Positions 57,201 through 64,000 of a stretch of DNA of 64,000 nt are shown here, piece after piece. The position numbers were made by a program, and so were the translations under genes. Each line of letters begins with the position of its first letter. Position 1 is the stretch's first letter. The DNA is from Minisyncoccota bacterium (GTDB taxonomy: Bacteria; Patescibacteriota; Minisyncoccia; Phycocordibacterales; UBA918). The notes under the pieces are model-generated. The model had not been told where the DNA came from, did not search any database, and worked only from the letters and a program-made list of their open reading frames with translations. The DNA is taken from contig JAWKSP010000001.1 of NCBI GenBank assembly GCA_041389025.1, positions 128,002-192,001 on the forward strand, given 5' to 3'.

Positions 57201-60200
57201 AGCTATCATCACCTTCAATGTACTTACTTTTCTTATCTGAGTTATTAATTTTATCTATTACATCTAAAATTATGGATGTTTTTGTCTCTGGTAAGAAAGT
57301 CCTATTTGTATTAGGTTCATGTACAGATACAGTATAATTCTCGTCAGTGGAGGTAGATATTATTTCGATACTTTCTGACACACCAATAGTTGTAATCAAC
57401 TCTTCAACGTACATATCTTCATCAGTAACCACTGACCCAGTTCCAGCCGAAGTGGTAGTAGTTGCAGTATCAGATAGTGATGTAGTAATGTCGGAAGAAG
57501 TAGCGATTGGCTCATCCACTGTTTCTACCACCATCTCTTCTTCGGTTGACGGAGCTATAGAGTCAGTAGTCAAAGCATCTAGCTCAGCCTCTATGGTAGC
57601 CAACTCTTCACCCCCATTACCGGTACCGTAAGTACTGGTAGCAGTAGTGAGGATATTTTTCAATCGGTACAGTTCGGTCGCGTCATAAGTACGAGTAGTT
57701 ATAGAGCCGTTGCCGTATTCGATATTTTCCATCTGACCATGCGGCCCATAATCAATATCACTGACGATATTTGCAAAAGTTCCCCCACTCTCTCTTTGTT
57801 CCACTTTGTCTACCTGACCACCTTTATTAAAGATGTACTTAACTTCTGAGTTATCTGGATAAGTAATGAGTGTTTGGTTGCCTTGGCGATCATACTGGTA
57901 GCTAGTGGTATAGGTATTACTATTTATTGTTTTAGCTTCTGAAGCCAAAAGATTATTTGGAGTATAAGTGTAGTTAGTGGTAGCCGAAGAATTAACGGCG
58001 GTACAAAGCTGTCCCACGCCACCCGTACAAGTGTCGTAGGTATAAGTAATTTCTGTACCAGCTTGTCCGGTGTAGTTCTCGGTCAACTGACGATTGAGAG
58101 CGTCGTAGGTGTAGTTGGTAGTCTGACTCTCTGGATCAGTCTTGCTGGTTAGGTTGCCGGCATTATCGTAAGCAAAAGTCCAAGTACCAAAAGTACTATC
58201 ACTCGGTGCATGCAAGTCCTCCAAGCTAGTACGCCGACCAAGCGAGTCATAACTTATATTTCGCACATTACCTTCCGCATCAGTTATCTTGGTCAAGTTA
58301 CCAAGATTATTCCAAGTGTAGCCTGTGGTATATGAATTGGTTCCTTCGTTTTCAGTCACGGCTACCAGTCGACCAAAAGCATCATATTGGAATTTCTTAT
58401 CGTTGCCAGCGGTATCGGTAACAATTTCTTTCCATTGGTCATAAACTGTTTCAGTTGTACCGACCACAGTCTCCACTGAAGACACCCTGCCAACCGGATC
58501 ATAGTTGAAAATACTTAAAAGATTATTGTTGGTAGTAGGTACACTTCTTGCTGAACCGGTATCAAAATACCGTAAAGACTCTTTGGCCAAAAGACCATTA
58601 TCACCATAAACGTAATCTTTCACTACATACTGATTACTTTCTTCCGCTTCTTGTCTTTCTTGTATCTTTCGACCAAAACCATCCAAGAATGTGTATGAAT
58701 TTTTAACCAAACTGCTGTTTAGATAATTTTTCTTTTGCACGCTGACACTGCCAACCGTATCGGTGTAGACATACTCAGTTTGTACTACCGGAGCGCCGGT
58801 CTGTGGGTCAGGTAATGTAACAGTAAGTGGTCGGCCAAATCCATCGTAAGTAGTGGCAAAAATATTTCCATTAGCGTCGGTAGTAGTCGCTACTTGCCCG
58901 GAAGAATAATCATACTCATACTGTGTAGTCTGGTTGAGAGAGTTGGTGACACTGGTCGGATATAAGTTGTATGCATCGTAAGTGTAGTTAGTGGTGTTAC
59001 CGTTTGGATCAGTCTCGGCTGTTACTAGCCCTAGACTGTTGTATGTCCATTGTTTGTTTATATAGTTGCTACCACCTAACCAATTTTCTTCTTTGGTCTT
59101 ATTACCTAGAGTAACCGTACCAAGTGGTTGGTTATCGTAGTAGAAGAGAGACTCTTGGACTTTGGTGCCGGAGTTGTCGGTCAAGGTTTGTTTGGATGGT
59201 AGTACCATACCGCTAGCATTAGTAGCATACTCAATAGTCGTTACTTGTTTGTCGGTACCAGTATCTGAGAAAGTGCCATCAGAATTACCATTCACCTCTC
59301 CCCACTCGGTTTTTGTGAGAAGTGAGCCGTTGGTGTTGTTGTATGTATAGCTGTTGGCCGAAGCTTTTTTGTCGCTATCACCATCGTAATCAAGCTTAAG
59401 GTCACTCTCTAATTTTAAAAATATATTTCCACCACTAAGTGAAGTGGTAGAAAAATTGTTATGAGAGAGTGCATAAATATTATCTGAAAAATCGTTTACT
59501 TCACTACGATACACTTGGCCGATCAAAAACTCGCCATCTACCCTCTCTTCAGATGTGGTTGAGACCCCGTTTCCTTGATGGTAATAATTTACTTCTTTGT
59601 TTAAACTGGTGATCTTAGAGACTTCACCAAAACCAGAAAACTTGCGTTCGTATATATTATCTGCATCGTAATAAAAATCAGCTTTTTTATAATCATAAAC
59701 CTCAATTTGTACATCACCAAAATTTGAACTCATCTCCTTACTGGTTACCACCACGGGGTTAAATCTTGGTTTTCCAATTTCTTGATAATTCACCCGTCCA
59801 TCTTCCAAATAACCACTATATGAAACTTCAATATTTCCAGATTTTGAAGAAGAAATAAGAGAAAGTTGATCGGGAACAATTTGATCATTTAATTTTACCG
59901 AACCACCACTTGTATGCACTTCATATAAATCATTGAATTCCAAATCCAAGATATCAACAATAGTATCTCCGTCTATATCTACAAAAGCTTTTCCATAGTT
60001 ATGACCACTATAACTATGAGTTAAGAAAAAAGGTAAAGAATAACTTTCTTTTTTCCAACCATTTCCGGTATTAATGTATGTTTCAGCAAACTGCTGACCA
60101 CTATAATACAGTGATTTAACTATATCGGGTAATCTATCACCATTAATATCAACTAAATTATAACCTGTATTAGGAGAACCAGTACTTTTTATGTAAAAAT

Positions 60201-62064
60201 CCACAGGTAAAATCCAATCGGAACTGGTAGCCCAACCATTTCCGGTATTAAGATACACGATTCTTTCGTCTATTTCTGGATTAAATTCTTTTCTATCATC
60301 CTTATAACCTCTAACAGCATCAATTAACCCATCACCGTTAACATCTATCAATCTAGTACCCATATCTGAAAAACTTTTCCATCCGTATCTACTAGATTTA
60401 TTCCCTAAAGGAACCGGAAAATATAATTCTGAATCTTCCCAACCCTGACCGTTATTTAATGCTACTGATGATCTTATATTTTCAGGAACAGAACCATTCT
60501 CAAGCGAAATAAACTCAGAGGTTATGATGTCTGGTAACCCATCACCGTTCACATCTGCGAATGTTCTTGCTGAGTTTGCAAACTTAGAATCAGGATAATA
60601 CCACCAAGTAAAAGACAATAATCCAGTCCAATTTGTATCTTTTACAAAACCACTGCCATTGTTTATATAGACACCGTATTGCTCCAAAGGATACCAAGAA
60701 GGGTATTCATAGTATGAAGAAGGTCCGTCGTAGGCTACTACTATGTCGTCTAACCCATCACCGTTCACATCTATCAATCTAGTGCCCATATCGATATATT
60801 GTGTAGGGTTACTTGTGTTGTCTTTTTCTCTAATCGAGAAAGGCACCTTGATATCATCCCAACTCCAATCAACATCATAATCCCATTGTCCGCCACCTTT
60901 ATTTATATGTACTCTTCTAACCAAATGATTCTCCCATGGATATTGATCACGATCAAAGAAGTGGTAGTATCTAACAACATCAATTAATCCGTCTCCATTT
61001 AAATCGCCAAACCTTACTCCGGTATCTTTAGAATTTAAAGGTTCCGGAAAGTTTTCATATTCCGTACTATTCGACCAATCAGGCAATTTAACACCACCAT
61101 ACTCAAAAATAGTTTCCGGTAAAATAACCTCACCTGATTCTCCGTAACCTTTCTCAGTTATACCTAACAACAAAATTCTACTCTCATTTATACCTTCACC
61201 AAATCGTAAATCATAGCTTCTTACTTTTTCATCATTAACGTAAACGCCTATACCTGAAACGTTGTATTTTCTTGTGACTTTAAAGTTTTTATCATATGAA
61301 GTAAATGGAGTTGTGCTTGTCGCCAATGAAAACTTGACCTCGAAAATATCACTATAAGAAATACTTTCTGGATATATCGAGCCGTTACTTTTTACATATG
61401 TATAATTTGTAACATTTCCGTCTTTATCTTCCACTTTTTCTAGCATCCATTTAGCAACCTCGTTTTCGTTACCAGTATTACTTTGACGAGAATTGTCAGT
61501 TAGACCAAAGTAATATTTATTTCCACTTTTATCTCTAACCTCCCAAACATTATCCAGAAAAATATAGGATAAAAAATCTCCTCTCTCTATTCTAGACACA
61601 AATGTGGTTGAGTCGTTAGTAGGAAACAATTCCCCTGATAAGGACGAATAAAAAGTTGATGACGCAATATACAATTTATCAACACCTCTTTTGTTTATAG
61701 TTTCAATAAAAGGTATAGAGGACTTCCAACCATAACCAAACACATCAACGTCACTTGCTTGCTGATTATTGTATGTAAGTTTTAACATTGGTGTATATTG
61801 ACCTCTCCCTTCAGGAAAAGAAAAGTCATATTTATATTCAAAAGCACCGGTAGATAAATTTATCGTTCCACTATTTAGAAAACTTATATCTCTTGACGGT
61901 ATATTGGTAACAAAACCATCTTCATTTGTGTACACGTCAGCTGATGCAAAATTTTCTAAAGGTATAGCAAAAAATAAAAACACAAGCATAAGGCTTGTGT
62001 TTTTATAAAGAAAATTAAAAAACTTACTTTCGGTTTTTGGTTTGGTTAAACAGAAAAAATTCAT
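54238..62064 (-). CDS. Rhs/YD-repeat polymorphic toxin (2608 aa): signal peptide, FG-GAP/VCBS-like Ca-binding repeats, YD repeats, P/T-rich linker + FN3-like domain, Rhs core ending ...GRFTSQDPVSLALG, C-terminal GIY-YIG-like nuclease tip
   Basis: Repeated xDxNGDGLxDxV motifs; dozens of YD repeats (YTYDxxGNL...); core ...YMGARYQSGDTGRFTSQDPV; tip GTYKLIDSETGKVVRTGRTNNLERREYEH fits GIY-x10-YIG...R...E/H pattern. Confidence 0.85.
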   Translation of the reverse strand: MNFFCLTKPKTESKFFNFLYKNTSLMLVFLFFAIPLENFASADVYTNEDGFVTNIPSRDISFLNSGTINLSTGAFEYKYDFSFPEGRGQYTPMLKLTYNNQQASDVDVFGYGWKSSIPFIETINKRGVDKLYIASSTFYSSLSGELFPTNDSTTFVSRIERGDFLSYIFLDNVWEVRDKSGNKYYFGLTDNSRQSNTGNENEVAKWMLEKVEDKDGNVTNYTYVKSNGSIYPESISYSDIFEVKFSLATSTTPFTSYDKNFKVTRKYNVSGIGVYVNDEKVRSYDLRFGEGINESRILLLGITEKGYGESGEVILPETIFEYGGVKLPDWSNSTEYENFPEPLNSKDTGVRFGDLNGDGLIDVVRYYHFFDRDQYPWENHLVRRVHINKGGGQWDYDVDWSWDDIKVPFSIREKDNTSNPTQYIDMGTRLIDVNGDGLDDIVVAYDGPSSYYEYPSWYPLEQYGVYINNGSGFVKDTNWTGLLSFTWWYYPDSKFANSARTFADVNGDGLPDIITSEFISLENGSVPENIRSSVALNNGQGWEDSELYFPVPLGNKSSRYGWKSFSDMGTRLIDVNGDGLIDAVRGYKDDRKEFNPEIDERIVYLNTGNGWATSSDWILPVDFYIKSTGSPNTGYNLVDINGDRLPDIVKSLYYSGQQFAETYINTGNGWKKESYSLPFFLTHSYSGHNYGKAFVDIDGDTIVDILDLEFNDLYEVHTSGGSVKLNDQIVPDQLSLISSSKSGNIEVSYSGYLEDGRVNYQEIGKPRFNPVVVTSKEMSSNFGDVQIEVYDYKKADFYYDADNIYERKFSGFGEVSKITSLNKEVNYYHQGNGVSTTSEERVDGEFLIGQVYRSEVNDFSDNIYALSHNNFSTTSLSGGNIFLKLESDLKLDYDGDSDKKASANSYTYNNTNGSLLTKTEWGEVNGNSDGTFSDTGTDKQVTTIEYATNASGMVLPSKQTLTDNSGTKVQESLFYYDNQPLGTVTLGNKTKEENWLGGSNYINKQWTYNSLGLVTAETDPNGNTTNYTYDAYNLYPTSVTNSLNQTTQYEYDYSSGQVATTTDANGNIFATTYDGFGRPLTVTLPDPQTGAPVVQTEYVYTDTVGSVSVQKKNYLNSSLVKNSYTFLDGFGRKIQERQEAEESNQYVVKDYVYGDNGLLAKESLRYFDTGSARSVPTTNNNLLSIFNYDPVGRVSSVETVVGTTETVYDQWKEIVTDTAGNDKKFQYDAFGRLVAVTENEGTNSYTTGYTWNNLGNLTKITDAEGNVRNISYDSLGRRTSLEDLHAPSDSTFGTWTFAYDNAGNLTSKTDPESQTTNYTYDALNRQLTENYTGQAGTEITYTYDTCTGGVGQLCTAVNSSATTNYTYTPNNLLASEAKTINSNTYTTSYQYDRQGNQTLITYPDNSEVKYIFNKGGQVDKVEQRESGGTFANIVSDIDYGPHGQMENIEYGNGSITTRTYDATELYRLKNILTTATSTYGTGNGGEELATIEAELDALTTDSIAPSTEEEMVVETVDEPIATSSDITTSLSDTATTTTSAGTGSVVTDEDMYVEELITTIGVSESIEIISTSTDENYTVSVHEPNTNRTFLPETKTSIILDVIDKINNSDKKSKYIEGDDSLFLIQNNKNKDKVILKKTHPEVRLHKWKGEIDLGVRYNKVKGQGENILGTDVVEWKDKDKKERIHAYPLPATEQMEDGGFEIEVILDEKPDTNVFEFEIDGYEDLDFFYQPVSLEGLFGEGEICTETKCIDEGGRVTLERAENIVGSYAVYHKTKKNHVKGEINYATGKVYHIYRPKIKDANGEEVWGELDYKEGMLSVTVPQNFLETATYPVVVDPTFGNTSVGAYTDYVGHNWMIGNVYTSPSDATTVTGINFFTRKYYSNDKFKGVVIDTNTCGIVSDGVGVSANIPTNFAWTESVFEIPVSINPNTNYALTIVSKGYPDIKLDFAYGVHEIFDHTNSFLAPNSPSCTDAGHALHSIYATYETGNIPPPPTNATPTAPTLLETEGQTNPTDITDNTPEFTAIYNDPDTGDTATHYQLQVSTSTAFTNNIWDSTKTALVSQVTAGNRTADITYGGLPLASSTTYHWRIKFWDDSDTEGEWSTETATFSLAAGTTTSTTTPTLPIFVENVQNLTYTYDTVGNITQIIDNSETDSAGTITYTYDDLYRLTSASTTGASTTPYSETYSYNSIGNILTKSDQGTYSYQGDTGTNYANPHAATAIGGTTHTYDQNGNLLTDGSTTNTWNYRNELTESTKAGITTSYTYDHTGQRVSKTTGTNTTLYPFSNYELKNGNITKHIYTNHTLVATIEADTPAPKTYYNHQDHLNSTTKVTDQTGYLNQLLNYQPYGGTRIDNKYDTINQTKRYTGHDYDEETSLSYMGARYQSGDTGRFTSQDPVSLALGSPGLMRDKMDSTVDIYLKNPQAQNTYSYTANNPLKYQDKNGEWLDIVVDVGFTAYSAYKLGEAILTGGDVRGEATNLALDAGGALVPGVVGVGSLRRVAQYSDEAVEAVGGTYKLIDSETGKVVRTGRTNNLERREYEHARNPETRDYDFEVNRRTDDYATQRGQEQKIYDQHPEAKYENGGLNKQQPISNQNPRKKEYEDAAN

Positions 62065-62250
62065 ACAAAAAATAAACGTTAAGATATGTTAATTATTTAG
62101 AATGATAACAAATTATTTTATATAGTTAACACAACAACTCATTTACACAACACCTTACAAATAATACAAAATTCCGACACAAACTTTTATAAAAGCCATT
62201 CTCAGCCCCAGTTAAAGATGCTAAGCTAAACGAATAATCTAGTGTTTTAT

Positions 62251-63168
62251 ATGGCAAAACTTTACAATCAGGCGTTTTTGAAGGACAAGATTATACCGAT
62301 TCATGAGGCTAGTTTAAACATAGCTAGTTCGGCGGTTTTATACGGTCTTAGTGTTTACACTGTTTTCCCGATTATTGTTAAAGAAAATAAACTGTATGCT
62401 TTTAGATTAAAGGATCATTATCGCCGTTTGGTAAATTCAGCTAAGATAATTGGCTTAGACGACATTACAAAAAATTGGTCTTATGAAAAATTTTTAGAGG
62501 TGGTAAAAGACTTAGCCAAAGCCAACGATATAAAAGAAGAAGTTTTTGTTCGTACCACCATTCATGTCGATGAACTACTCCCCGGCACTCGCTCTCGTGG
62601 ACTGTCCACCGATCTTAGTATTTTTATCTATGAAGCTAAGCCAATAGTGCCGCAAGACGGCATGCGACTAAAGACCAGTGTCTGGCGCCGTATACCCGAC
62701 TACTCTATTCCATCGCGAGCTAAAGTAAACGGAGCTTATGTAAACTCGGTTTTAGCTAAGCAAGACGCACTGGATAGCGGTTATGATGATTGCATTTTTC
62801 TAGATGTTGATGGACACGTTTGCGAACTAAGTGCAGCCAACATTTTTTTGATAAAAAATAACATCCTCATTACTCCCGATACCGCCAGTGATTTACTGGA
62901 AGGAATAAACCGTCGCACCGTACTTGAATTGGCCAAAAAGGAAAATTTGGAATACGAGCTTAGAACCATTGATCTAACCGAACTCTACACCGCCGATGAA
63001 ATATTTGTTTGTGGCACTTCTTCGTATTTAGCACCGGTAAAAGAAGTGGACGCCAGAAAAATTGGCGATGGCGAAACTGGTAAAGTCACCGAAAGATTAC
63101 GAGATCTTTATCTTAAAACTTTACGCGGAGAGTTGGATCTAAGAAAAAATATGACAGAGTTGAGTTAA
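62251..63168 (+). CDS. Class IV aminotransferase (branched-chain amino acid / D-amino acid aminotransferase)
   Basis: Fold-type IV PLP motifs ...EAKV (Lys)...; start taken at ATG 62251 (ORF track start 62242 is GTG). Confidence 0.7.
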   Translation: MAKLYNQAFLKDKIIPIHEASLNIASSAVLYGLSVYTVFPIIVKENKLYAFRLKDHYRRLVNSAKIIGLDDITKNWSYEKFLEVVKDLAKANDIKEEVFVRTTIHVDELLPGTRSRGLSTDLSIFIYEAKPIVPQDGMRLKTSVWRRIPDYSIPSRAKVNGAYVNSVLAKQDALDSGYDDCIFLDVDGHVCELSAANIFLIKNNILITPDTASDLLEGINRRTVLELAKKENLEYELRTIDLTELYTADEIFVCGTSSYLAPVKEVDARKIGDGETGKVTERLRDLYLKTLRGELDLRKNMTELS

Positions 63169-63193
63169 GATGTTAAGAATCAGATACATTATT

Positions 63194-64000
63194 TTATTTT
63201 TTGTGTTTATCTAGAGCTAACTCAATTAGTTTATCTACCAGTTCTATATTTGATACACCACTGACCTCCCACAGTTTTGTATACATACTCAAAGAAGTAA
63301 ATCCTGGAATAGTGTTTATCTCATTGACGTAAAGGGAACCGTCTTTACATAAAAAGAAATCAATCCGACCAAAACCAGCACTATTTAATACTTTAAAAAC
63401 ATTAACTGCCATGTCCTGAATCTGTTTAATTTTAGCTTTAGAAAGTTTAATTGGTGCAATTAAACTCACTCCGTTTTCATTCAAATACTTTGCTTCATAT
63501 GAATAAAATTTATGAGACGTCTTGTCTGTTACAATTTCTCCTAGCAAAGAAACAGTAGGGTTATCATTACCCAGCACAGAACATTCAATTTCTCTACCCT
63601 CAATGTATTCTTCCACGATTACTTTGGTATCGTAAAGAAAAGCTTTTTCTATACCTACTTTATAATCCATCTCATTATCAGCCTTGGATATACCAATTGA
63701 TGAACCTTGATTCGCTGGTTTTATAAATAAAGGCAATCCAAGTTTTTTCTTAACCTCTGCAAAAGCAACCGTCTTAATATTTTTATGTAAAACAAAAAAT
63801 TTACCTACCGGTAATCCAGCTTCACGTAACAACCTTTTCATTATATCCTTATCCATACCAACCGCACTACCCAAAACCCCAGAACCAACAAAAGGTATAT
63901 CTAACATTCTCAACAAACCTTGAATAGTTCCATCTTCACCATACAGACCATGCAAAACAGGAAAAACAACATCGAATTTATGCTTTATAATGTTGTCACC
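63194..64000 (-). CDS. ddl: D-alanine--D-alanine ligase, C-terminal ~265 aa; N-terminus beyond window end
   Basis: ATP-grasp motifs HGLYGEDGTIQGLLRMLDIPFVGSG...; reading frame open to 64000. Confidence 0.85.
   Translation of the reverse strand, partial: GDNIIKHKFDVVFPVLHGLYGEDGTIQGLLRMLDIPFVGSGVLGSAVGMDKDIMKRLLREAGLPVGKFFVLHKNIKTVAFAEVKKKLGLPLFIKPANQGSSIGISKADNEMDYKVGIEKAFLYDTKVIVEEYIEGREIECSVLGNDNPTVSLLGEIVTDKTSHKFYSYEAKYLNENGVSLIAPIKLSKAKIKQIQDMAVNVFKVLNSAGFGRIDFFLCKDGSLYVNEINTIPGFTSLSMYTKLWEVSGVSNIELVDKLIELALDKHKK

Noticed and set aside
54292-61000. Multiple 60-95-aa plus-strand ORFs inside the rhs gene
   Set aside because: They are antisense to a long, well-supported coding region and repeat-driven, so they are spurious.

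Overview
This is a 64-kb low-GC bacterial chromosome segment. Its compact genes, PilMNO cluster, many secreted cell-wall hydrolases, L19 with a charged tail, and tRNA-His with encoded G-1 and CCA suggest a CPR/Patescibacteria-like organism, though this is inference with no taxonomic marker in the window.

Housekeeping content: glyA (partial), a thyA-dcd-folA thymidylate cluster, secE-nusG-rplK, class I RNR with an ATP-cone fused to NrdB and a cone-less NrdA, mscL, pyrE-pyrF, hsp20, rplS, rluA-like, uppS, acyP, ruvX, msrA/msrB, pgi, gdhA, creD, an ilvE-like aminotransferase and ddl (partial). Six tRNAs are present: His, Leu, Val, Arg x2 and Ser.

Accessory content:
- A diversity-generating retroelement (DGR) signature: a 99-bp VR at the 3' end of an FGE/C-type-lectin-like target gene, and an adenine-rich TR about 320 bp downstream. 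All 16 VR/TR mismatches fall on TR adenines. An Avd-like four-helix-bundle gene is nearby, but no reverse transcriptase is present in the window.
- A RelE/DinJ-like toxin-antitoxin pair.
- A frameshifted IS110-family transposase abutting tRNA-Val.
- A TauD-like dioxygenase gene interrupted by one in-frame TAA.
- A family of roughly 125-160-bp hairpin-bearing elements, with compensatory stem changes, always 3' of tRNA genes.
- A 7.8-kb Rhs/YD-repeat toxin gene followed by two orphan C-terminal toxin/immunity cassettes and a core-repeat remnant, with a PIN-domain three-gene module embedded between them.

No CRISPR array or rRNA was seen. Hand-derived coordinates may be off by 1-2 bp.
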